Shown piece after piece: positions 11,659 through 21,300 of a stretch of 64,000 nt of DNA. The position numbers were made by a program, and so were the translations under genes. The stretch is from Mobula hypostoma (Eukaryota): contig NC_086118.1 of assembly GCF_963921235.1 (NCBI RefSeq), positions 13,084,001 to 13,148,000 of the forward strand, in the 5' to 3' direction. Each line of letters begins with the position of its first letter. Position 1 is the first letter of the stretch. The notes under the pieces were generated by a model. That model was not told where the DNA came from, made no database searches, and worked only from the letters and a program-made list of their open reading frames with translations.

Positions 11659-12908
11659 TGTCATGGTCCGGATCGGGGGATCGGGGTCCCTTTAAATTTA
11701 CTTTGTTTATGTTACGATCCGGACCGTTGACTCCCTGTTTCCCTTTGGTTCCCTGATTTCCCATGTCCCTCGGCTTTGGTGATTGGAGGCAATTTCCTCT
11801 TACTGAACCAGTAGTTTATAGTCTCCGGCTTTCAGCTGTTCAGCGTGAGAGCGTTTGCAAAGTCACCAAGGAACGGCGTGACAATGTCATCTGGCCGGAA
11901 GAAGCCTAGTCTCTGCCCGAAGCGAATGCCGGTAATTCGCCTTTCCTCACCGGAACAACCTTGTCAAGTTACCAAGCCAAAGCACGCCTGCAAAGTTTCC
12001 TTACCGAGGTGGGTCTGTCAGTTAACCCGCCGGACGGAATCTAGAACTGCTGTCTACTGTTCCCGGGCCAAGTCGAGAGCTCGCCACTACCCAGAGGCTC
12101 CAAGTCAAGTCCTGGCTCCGGGGGCATCCAAGTACCAAGTCAAGTACTGGCCCTGGCGGCATCCAAATTCCGAGTCAAGTCTCAGCCCTGGCGGTCTGTG
12201 ATTCCTGTCCTACCCCCCTATCTGAATCCCTTCTCTGCCGCTCTCGCCTGTAGCCCTCATCTGCAGCCCTCGCCTGCACCTTGGTCTAGTTCTATCGCCG
12301 CAGCTAGATAGGTACTGCCTGGTGTTCATTTGTGTTGGTCTTGTCTTGTTCTCGCCTCCGTGGGGTAAGTCAGGCCGTCTTGCCGTTGCCCCGTGGGGGG
12401 TCATGAGTCCCGGCCCTATGTCCTGTACCCAAGGAGGGGTCCCGGCTCTCTGTTCTGTGTGTGAGTCCCGGCCCTATGTACTGTACCCAAGGAGGGGTCC
12501 CGACTCTGTGTTCTGTGTATGTGTCCATGTTTCCATGTACCTGCTCAGCCGAGACCAAGGATCTGTTTTTCCATGTTCCTCCTCTCCCTAGCCCATGTCG
12601 TGTCCATGCCTGGTTCTGGGGTCCAAGCCCGAGGCAAGACCCAGGTACTGGGTCCTTGCCCATTCCCTGGCTCGGGGTCCATACCGTAGCCTCTTCATGT
12701 CTCCTCTAGTTTTGGGGATCCGATTCCAAGTCCAAGCCCAGACCCTTGGTCCCAGCCTAATCGTAGTCCTGAGTCCTTGTCGAGTTTGCTATTCCTGCTC
12801 CTGCCTTGTTCTCCTGGTATCGAACAATAAACCCAATTTAATTAACCTCACAAGATGTGTCTTGCATTTGGGTCCACCCTTGCTCCCTATGCCCCCCCCT
12901 TTGTGACA
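11659..12908 (+). repeat. 3' LTR of the nested non-autonomous element
   Basis: Follows the PPT; TGTCA...TGACA. Confidence 0.93.
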
Positions 12909-13289
12909 TAAACAACGTGGCAGGTTGACCCCTCTCCAAGGTAAGGGTGATTTAACAATTCAAACAATGAGCAAAGCTGTTGCTAATGAACCATACAGAA
13001 AGACTGATGTTTGTCCCACATGTGCAGTTACTCGAAGCATGTTTAGGAAGTCTGCTGAGGCCCATGATAGCAAAACCAGAGGATTAAAGTATGATGATGT
13101 GTCACAGATTTCTCTACCTTCCATATTACAACAGGATTTAGAGAGTAAGGTGTATGAGAAAAGTTTGTCCTTATCGAGCAAGGAATTTACAGAGGAACAG
13201 AATAAAGATTCTGAAATGGTGGCTTTAAAGGTGGCTTTAACCTCCACAGAAGAGGAGGTTCAGAGAGAGTCAGTGGGATATTACCTTAT

Positions 13290-14080
13290 AGATGGAGTGT
13301 TAATGAGGAAGTGAAGACCAATCACTGTGCCTGCAAGTGAGGATTGGTCCATTGTGCATCTGGTAGTGGTTCGGAAAGTTTACAAGGCTGTAATTTAAAA
13401 ATGGCTTACTGTATGCCTTTAGGTGGACATTTTGGAGGGAGAAAGACAGTGAAAAAAATTATGAAGGAATTCTACTGGCCTAATTTAAGAGGGGATGTTG
13501 TGAGTTTTTGCAGGACATGCCATACCTGCCAGGTTGAGGGGAAACTTAATCGGGTTATTCAAGTAACATCACTTATACCGATACCTGCTTTTGGTGAACC
13601 TTTTTCTAGGGTCATAGTGGATTGTGTAGGCCCATTGCCAAAGACTGCAGCTGGTCATCAGTATGTGCTAACTGTTATGTGTGCTGTGTCTAGGTTCCCT
13701 GAAGCTGTGCCTCTTGGAAACATCAAGGACAAGACTGTGGTAAGAGCGTTCAGTAAGTTGTTCACACTGATAGGTCTGCTCAAAGAAGTTCAATTTGACC
13801 AGGGTAGTACCTTTACTTCGAGAACATTCCAGGGGATAGTTGGAGAACTGGGAGCTAAGCACATTGTGTCATCTGCATATCACACAAAGTCCGAGGGAGC
13901 CTTGGAATGGTTCAACTCCACTCTTAAGACCATGATTAAAACATAGAAAATAGAAAAAAACTGGGATGAAGGGGTTCCCCTACTCTTATTTGCCGTAGAG
14001 ATATGCTTCAAAAATCATTAGCGGGTGCCCTGTTTGAACCTGTGTTCGGTCACAGGCCAAAAGGACCTTTGACCCTACTC
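13290..14080 (+). pseudogene. Gypsy integrase (zinc finger plus DDE core), disrupted
   Basis: GH.G..KT..KI..EFYWP.L..DV..FC.TC.TCQ; VIVDCVGPLP; FDQGSTF; SAYH..SEGALE.FNSTLK. Confidence 0.92.
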
Positions 14081-14428
14081 AGAGAACTGTGGTGATGTGG
14101 AAATATGGGTCAATGTGCAGAAAAGATTTAATAAGGTTTGTGATGTTGCAAAGGAAAGTTTGCAGAATGTTCAAATTAAAATAAAACACTTGATTGATAG
14201 GATGGCACCTGTGGGTACTGTTATGAAAACAAATGGAGTCATGGAGGCTGAAAATGAGATGAAATATCATTTTAACCCGCTGAATCTAGTATCAACAAGG
14301 TTTAAGAATTCCATTGTTTTGAAAAATATTACTGATAAGGTCCATCAGTTGGAACTTACACTGCAAAAACAATTGAAGGAATTAATTAGCAAGCATAAAG
14401 ATTTATTCCCTGACATTCCAAGACTAAA

Positions 14429-15614
14429 GTGCATGATGTCATTGTAAATTCAGCCCAGTCCATTAAACAGCATCCTTACAGAATTAACTTAGAGGAAAGT
14501 AAAATGGTTAAACAAGAAATTGGAAACAAGAAGGAACAAGGAAAGAGAGTGGGTGACTGTATTGATAGAGTAGGAAAGGCTAAATACCTTACAAAGATTG
14601 ACTTGTTAAAAGGATATTGGTGTGTTCCTTTGACAGAGAGGGCTAAAGAGATATCAACATTTGTGACACCATCTGGACTATATGAATATAATGTTTTACC
14701 ATTTGGGATGAAAAATGCTCCGGGGACATTTCAAAGAATGATCAATTCAGTGATTAGAGGTTTAGAAAACACAGGGGCTTATATTGATGATTTAGTGATC
14801 TGGAATGACATGTGGGAAGAGCATATTGCAGCAGTAGAAAAACTGTTTGAAAGACTTTCCACGGCCAATCTTACTGTGAACCTGGATAAAATTGAGTTTG
14901 GCCACACCACTGTCACGTATCTTGGCTATGTAGTAGGCCAGGACCAACTGGCTCCTGTACAGGCCAAGGTTCAAGCTGTTGCTGACGTTCCTATTCTGAC
15001 CAGCAGGAAAGCTTTAAGAAGATTTTTGGGAATGGTTGGGTATTATCATAAGTTTTGTAAGAACTTTGCTGACATTGGTCTCCCCCTAACAAAACTTCTA
15101 AAGAAGAGTGAAAGATTTATATGGAGTGATTTTTGCCAGGAGGCATTTGAATGCCTGAAAACTATCCTGTGTTATCATCCTGTGCTCAAGGCACCTGATG
15201 TTTTCCAAGTCATCTTCTATGGCAACAGATGCTAGTGACGAAGCTGCTGGGACAGTACTGGTACGGAAGGGAGTGGATGACATTGAGCACCCAGTAGCCT
15301 ATTTCTCAAAGAAATTTAATGGGCACCAGAAAAATTATCCCACTGTTGAAAAGGAATTACTAGCACTTATTCTGGCTTTACAACATTTTGAAATCTATGT
15401 TTGTCCTGCCCAGAGACCACTTGTGGTTTACACGGATCACAATCCGTTGTTGTTTCAAACTAATTTGAAGGATAAGAATAGAAGGTTATTAAATTGGAGT
15501 CTGATATTGCAAGAATATGACTTAAAAATCAAACATGTGAAAAGTACTGACAATATTATAGCTGATTGTTTATCTAGATGTTCAGTTAGAAATTATATAC
15601 GTTTTGGTCTGTGA
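14429..15614 (+). pseudogene. pol: Gypsy reverse transcriptase and RNase H, frameshifted
   Basis: IDLLKGYW, LPFGMKNAPGTFQR, YIDD, YLG; TDAS, EKELLA, YTDHNPL, NIIADCLSR. Confidence 0.95.
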
Positions 15615-15705
15615 TCTGATGATTATACATGTATTGTTTCAAACTCTGCAACTTCCAGTCAAACAAAAATTTTGTCTTTGTCAATTTTTTTTTGAAGGAA
15701 GTGGG

Positions 15706-16369
15706 TGTGACGGGGTCCTGAATTACCCCTATGAACTGTGCTTTTGAAAAGAGAGAGAGAGAGAGATTTAACACCGACATCTTGTTTTTATGAGAGAGAG
15801 AGATGAAGACAGCTTTGGATGAGGTTATGGGTTTTCTGCAGCATGTTTACATTTCTACAAGGACGCTGCCTGCTTGGAAATTCTGACAGACAGAGAAGGG
15901 AGGAGCTGTTTGAGTGACAGCTGGTATTCAGCACGGTGAGATAAATAGAAGGTCAGATGATAAACGGACAGACACATGGTTTTGGACACTGAATGAGCTT
16001 TGTTGTGTCCACAGAGAAATGGATTTTGGAGGATCGATCAGGCGGATCAAACAGTGGCTCTCATAGTGTGAAAAGGGCATGACCGGTGGGGAGTTATTTG
16101 AGTGTCCAACCCTCGCCTGGGTTGATAATTCCATCACAGAAGAAAGGTCCCCTTTGTTGTGGTCACAGTCGATGACTTCTAAAGGAATTCGGAGGACAAT
16201 GGGAAGATTGACGGCGTCAGTTTGCTTAAAAACTTGAATCTCTCCCTCTCTCTCTCTCTCCATTACTACTTTTCTCAATACCGCAAACTGAACTGAACTT
16301 TACTCATCATCATAAGACTATCTATTTACCCCTAGACTTGAAGAAGCTTGATTTTCATATATTTCCACA

Positions 16370-16400
<31 letters not shown>

Positions 16401-16543
16401 TCATTGCTAACCTGTTTGATTTATCTGCATTTATATTACTGTATTGCGTAGTTACTAATAAATATCATTAATTAATAACAATACTGGACTCTAAGGTGTT
16501 TTCCATTTCTGTGGATCTTTAACCCATCACAGGGTACGTGACA
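15706..16543 (+). repeat. 3' LTR of the Gmr1-type element
   Basis: TGTGAC...GTGACA; contains (GA)n and an expanded (TA)n. Confidence 0.95.
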
Positions 16544-16679
16544 GCATATGCAAGTTAAAAAGCAATGGTATAATGTTACCGGTGCTGCATACGTGATGAG
16601 ACCTGGATGGTAGCAGGGAGTTCAATAATTATACTGCCTGGGGGAATAATTTGTTTCTCATTCTAACAGTTATAAGTCC

Positions 16680-17870
16680 AGAAGACCATAAGATATAGGA
16701 GCAGAATTAGGGCATTTGGCCTATTGAGACTGCTCCACCAGTTCATCATGGCTATTCCAATTTTCCTCTCAGCCCCAATCTCCTGCTCCGCCATTTCCCT
16801 TCATGCCCTGACCAATCAAGAATCTATCAACCTCTGCCTTAAATATACATCAATACTTGGCCACTACAGCTGCCAGTGGCAACAAGTTCCACAGATCTAC
16901 CACTCTCATCTAAAGAAATACGTCCTCATCTCCACTCTAAAAGGACGTCCCTCTACTCCTCCTCAACTCCGCTCTAAAAGTCTATTCTGAGACTGTGTCC
17001 TCTGGTCTGAGAATCTCCCACCATAGGAAACATACACTCTGTAATAGCCTTTCACCACCTGATAGGTTTCAATGAGGTCACCCCCTCATTCTTCTGATTT
17101 TTAGTGAATACAGGCCCAGAGCCATCAAACGCTCTTCATATGACAATCCATTCAATCCTGGAAACATTTTCAAGAACCTCCTTTGAACCTTCTCCAGATT
17201 CAGTGCATCCTTTCTCAAATAAGGGGTCCAAAACTGCTCACAATATTCCAAGTGAGGCCTCAGCTGAGCTTTACAAAGTCTCAACATTACATCTTTGCTT
17301 TTGCATTCTAGTCCTCTTGAAATGAATGTTAACATTGCATTTGTGTTGCTCACCACAGACTCAAACTGCAAATTAGACTTTAGAGAATCCTGCACAAAGA
17401 TCCCAAAGTCCTTTTGCACCTCTGATTTCTGAATTTGCTCCCTATTTACAAATGTTTGTACAATATAATCTACACCTTCATTCCTTTGACCAAAGTGCAT
17501 GACCATACACTTCCCAACACTATATTACTTCTCCCACTTCTTTTCGCATTCTCTTAATCTGTCCAAGTGCTTCTGAAGCCTCTCTGCTTCCTCAAAACTA
17601 CCTGCCCTCCACTTATCTTCATATTGTCTGCAAACTTTCCAGCAAAGCCATCAATTCCATCAATCAAATCATTGACATATAACATAACAAGAATCGGTCC
17701 CATCACAGACCCCTATGGGGCACCACTAGCACCGGCAGCCAAACAGAAAAGACTCCCTTTATTTCCACTCTTGGTCCCCTGCCAATCAGCCACTGCTTTA
17801 TCCATGCTAGAATCTTTCCTACAATAGCTTGTGAAGCAGCTTCACGTGTGGCCCATTCTGAAAATCCAGC
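16680..17870 (-). mobile_element. 5'-truncated CR1, decayed
   Basis: ORF 17078-17506: RPHLEYCEQFW, LEKVQRRF, LSYEERL; tail agaccataagatataggagcagaa. Confidence 0.9.
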
Positions 17871-17879
17871 CCCACTATA

Positions 17880-18810
17880 GGATGGGTGTTTAGACTTTGG
17901 AGGAGGTGCAGAAGAGGTTTGCCAGGATGCTGCCTGGATTAGAGAGTGTTTGCTATAATGAGAGGATGCACAAACTTAGGCTGTTTTCTGTGGAGCTCCA
18001 GAGGCTGACAGTGATCCGACAGAGGTTTATAAGGTTATGAGAGTCATAGATAGAATAATCAGACAATATATTTTTCCAAGAGTTGAAATGACTAATTCCA
18101 AAAGGTATGTATTTATGGTGAGAGGGGTAATTTCAAAGGAGATGTAAGGGGCCATTTTTTTTACAGAGTCTAGTGTGTGCCTTGGAGGGTGTGAGGACGC
18201 CCAGCAGGACTAAAAAAAAACAAGACCTGACAAAGGGCAGGTGAGCTATTTGTGAGCCAACGGCCATGTTCCATGGAAGAGATTAAAGCCTCACCACATA
18301 TCTACGAATTGTATGCTATGCACCTGGTTAGAAGAGACATGAAGAACTTGGGCGCTGCACCGTGTGCCTGGACCTGCCAAAGGCTTCCGCCTGAGAAAGA
18401 GCCAAGCTCGAAGAAGTGGCCGCAGCTGGAGGCCGACCCGGCCTTGGGCTCGATTTCGGCGGGGGCGGGTGGTGTCAAGGCGGCCAGCGAGAACAAACTA
18501 GAGGAAAGGATGTACTCAGTGCTGTCGCAAGATCGAAGAAGATGGGGGTGCATAGTTGCCAACCCTGGATTTGGGACAGCACCCACTCACTGACTGACTG
18601 AGTGTGTGCCTGGAATACACTGGGTGGTGCAAGCAGAATCATTAAAGACTTTTAAAACACATTTAGATCGGCACATGAATGTGAGCAAACTGCAAGGGTA
18701 TGGACATTGTGTATGCAGAAGAGGTTAGCTTGGTTAGCTGTTTGATTACCGATTCAATTAGCTCAGCACAACATTGCAGGCTGAATGGCTGGTCTATGTT
18801 CTATTGATCT
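17880..18810 (+). mobile_element. CR1 3' end (probably part 3 of copy A), interrupted at 18183-18600
   Basis: EVQKRFARMLPGL...ERMHKLRLFS; same subfamily as the 3' end of the 56010-58640 CR1. Confidence 0.75.
18183..18600 (+). mobile_element. Short non-autonomous RTE-derived retroposon
   Basis: 11-bp TSD AGTGTGTGCCT (18172-18182, 18601-18611); 3' end encodes QDRRRW..IV; tail cactcactgactgactg. Confidence 0.75.
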
Positions 18811-20689
18811 GCAGGTTCAGGGAAAAAAGAAGCAGTGAGATTAACAATGTGAAAGTCATAATGTGTTCAATGGCCCTCTGCATTGTAAGGTCTAAAGCAG
18901 CAAATAGATATAGAATTAACACAAAGGCAACTAGATGTCCGCAGTATCATCAGTTCATTTGACTGAAACAGCAATTTAGCAATATTATATTATTGTGTGA
19001 TTGTGATCTTCCAGACTACAAAGAAGAGGTTAAAACAAAAATTGCATTTATTGAAGTAATGGCACAAAAGCAAATATTCTTTCTACAATACTTCAGGTTA
19101 ACTGACAGTATTAGCTCAGTTTATGCACTATACAGAAAATAGCAGGAAACTGAAAATATTTTGGTTTGTTAAAGCTAAAGAAAGATGACAAAACATTGCT
19201 TGATTTCACAGCAGCCTGACTATTAGGAACAGAGCAGTAAAGTCAAATTTAACTGATGTCATACTTAACTGATCTCTGCCTTGATAATACTGCTTAATAA
19301 TACCATAGGATGGCTTAAATATTTCATTTCAAATATCATTACTGGCTGTTTTAATGAATAAGCTGGCTCATTTAAAATAATTAACTCACATCTCCGGTTG
19401 TAGGAGAGAGAGAGGGAGCTGATTTGGAAACGTTAAGACTTGCTGAGAAAATACTGCACAGTGTAATTTCCAGGCAAGTTAATCCTCAAAAATGCCACAG
19501 GTTTTTGATTAAACCTTCATTGGGAGGAAGAATGGAAATTTATAAACACATGCAGATGCTGCCTTCAGACCGAGACTACAAGCTAATACAGTAGATATTG
19601 CTGTAAAACCAAAGTGATTCTAATCTTGGTCTTCAGTTTCTTCACTGTGCTTAAAGGACAACAATGTTCAGACTGTTAACAAGGCACCTCCCTGTGAAAG
19701 CTCAATGTAGACTGTACAACTTCAGATAATTTGACTATCAGACATCTTTCAACAGAATAATAGATATTTTTGGTCTCACTGTTTACAAAGCAGTCTACAT
19801 TAGAAAATGTCAAGTTTAATATCAGTAAGAAGATACTGCAACAGACAAATGAAGGGCTGGAGTCAAAGAAGAGGACAGAGACATGAAAAGATTTGGGGGT
19901 GAAAACAATTCTAGAAAATGAAGCACAAAACAAACTTTACTCCTGAGTGATATTCCAGGGACCCATTGAACTTGAAACAGTATCATGCAAGCAGGTTTCC
20001 TTGTCTGAGCCACTTGCAAAATTCAGAGGAATCATTCAGAGTAATGGTGAGTATAGAACATTGTCTCATGAAACGAGAAATGAAAGCAGTTGCACAATAA
20101 ATTTTATTGCTGTTTAACAGGAGGATTAGTAAATTAGTCAACTTGAATGAAACATACTTAACATTGTTTGCACCTTCTGGTACAAGAACTGAGGAAGTAT
20201 TATCCACACACTTTATAATCCATTCACTTTATAGTGAATGACTGCAGCATCATTATGCTACTGGCATCGGAAGGGAGATTTCACTTTTACTGCAGTGATT
20301 AGTGGATGGTCTGTGAGAGCGGATCCAGCACTGGGTCTATCTAGCTTGTTTAGTTGCCCAGTGCAAAAATTCAGGGCTTTTCTTCCTCAGTAACACAGGG
20401 ACAGCTCAGATGCCGAGTTTGCTGCTTTCCCTGTCATGCTCCTCTTTTTAGGTTTCTGGGCAGAGGTATTGAAGGGACTATCAGGAATCTCACTGATCAA
20501 TCCAAAACTGGGGCTTATGCTCCATCCAAATATGATGAGGACCTCTGAACTAAATATTTTGAGGACCTGATGAGCTTTGAACATAGCTCCACCTTTTGCC
20601 ACAGAGATGACCTGGATCCTCTCGAACTTGCATGCCAGTAAAATTGGTTAACATCAAATGCAATCCTTCTGACTTTTCAGTTTGCTGTG

Positions 20690-21300
20690 GATTATCTAAC
20701 AATGGGAACGCATACGTTGGGCTGCTGTTCATCAACTATAGCTCAATGTTCAACACAATCATCACATCCAAAATCATTATCAAGCTTCATGATCTATGCT
20801 CTTGCTCTTTTCTCAATTCACACATGGCAGTGAGGCTAACAGTCATCTCCAATGTGGTCTTCAAAATCATCTATGATGTTGCTGTTATGGACAAATCTCA
20901 GGTCAGTTTACCAGAGCGAGACAGGACACCTGATTGAATGGTCCTGCAACTGCATCCTCTCATTCAATGTCAGCAAAACTCAGGAGCTGATTGTTAGCTT
21001 CAGGAGGGGCAAGGAGGGTGAACATGTGTCAGACTATGTTAAGATATCAGCAAAGTTCCTAAACATTAGTGTGTCGAGTGCCCTATCCTGAGCCCAACTC
21101 ATAGAAGCTATTACAAGGAAAGCACGCACATGCCTTTAATTTGTTCGGACGTTAGGGAGGTTTGGTCAGTCACTGAACACTCTATATCAAACTTGTAGAC
21201 TGGTTATAGCATGATCTGATACAGAAATTCAAATGTATAGGAAAGTAAAAAGCTACAGAGAAAGGTTGACTCAGCCCAACACACCACTACAGGTGGCACA
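20690..21300 (+). mobile_element. Old Rex1/Babar-type LINE RT fragment
   Basis: AYVGLLFINYSSMFNTII.SK..KL; NVSKTQELIVSFR; KAR.CL.FVR.L.RFG. Confidence 0.8.

Larger units (their letters stand above)
10115..12908 (+). mobile_element. Non-autonomous LTR element (Tf1/sushi-like): LTR 1353 bp, internal 191 bp, LTR 1250 bp
   Basis: Both repeats run TGTCA...TGACA; exact 5-bp TSD TAAAC (10110-10114, 12909-12913); G-rich PPT 11642-11658; no pol sequence. Confidence 0.93.
7920..16543 (+). mobile_element. Gmr1-type Ty3/Gypsy LTR retrotransposon (gag-PR-IN-RT-RH), defective, with a nested insertion
   Basis: Paired LTRs 7920-8756 and 15706-16543; 4-bp TSD GCAT (7916-7919, 16544-16547); PBS-like tggggcctgcacccg at 8761; PPT gaaggaagtggg at 15694-15705; integrase lies upstream of RT. 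Confidence 0.95.

Noticed and set aside
10453..12906. Many overlapping 60-118 aa ORFs in the nested element's LTRs
   Set aside because: GC-rich repetitive sequence, no recognisable domains, and frames are not consistently kept between the two LTRs.
10115..12908. Retrozyme (LTR element carrying a hammerhead)
   Set aside because: I found no CUGANGA...GAAA core with pairable stems in either LTR.
7920..16543. Apparent LTR-clock paradox: by rough hand count the nested element's LTRs differ at ~29 of the first ~235 nt, the host LTRs at only ~10 of the first ~310 nt
   Set aside because: The CpG-rich part of the host LTRs is about as diverged (~30 in ~235 nt) and most changes are CpG transitions, so base composition explains it without gene conversion.
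19676..20207. Cluster of short minus-strand ORFs as possible host exons
   Set aside because: No recognisable protein similarity or convincing splice structure; lengths fit chance.
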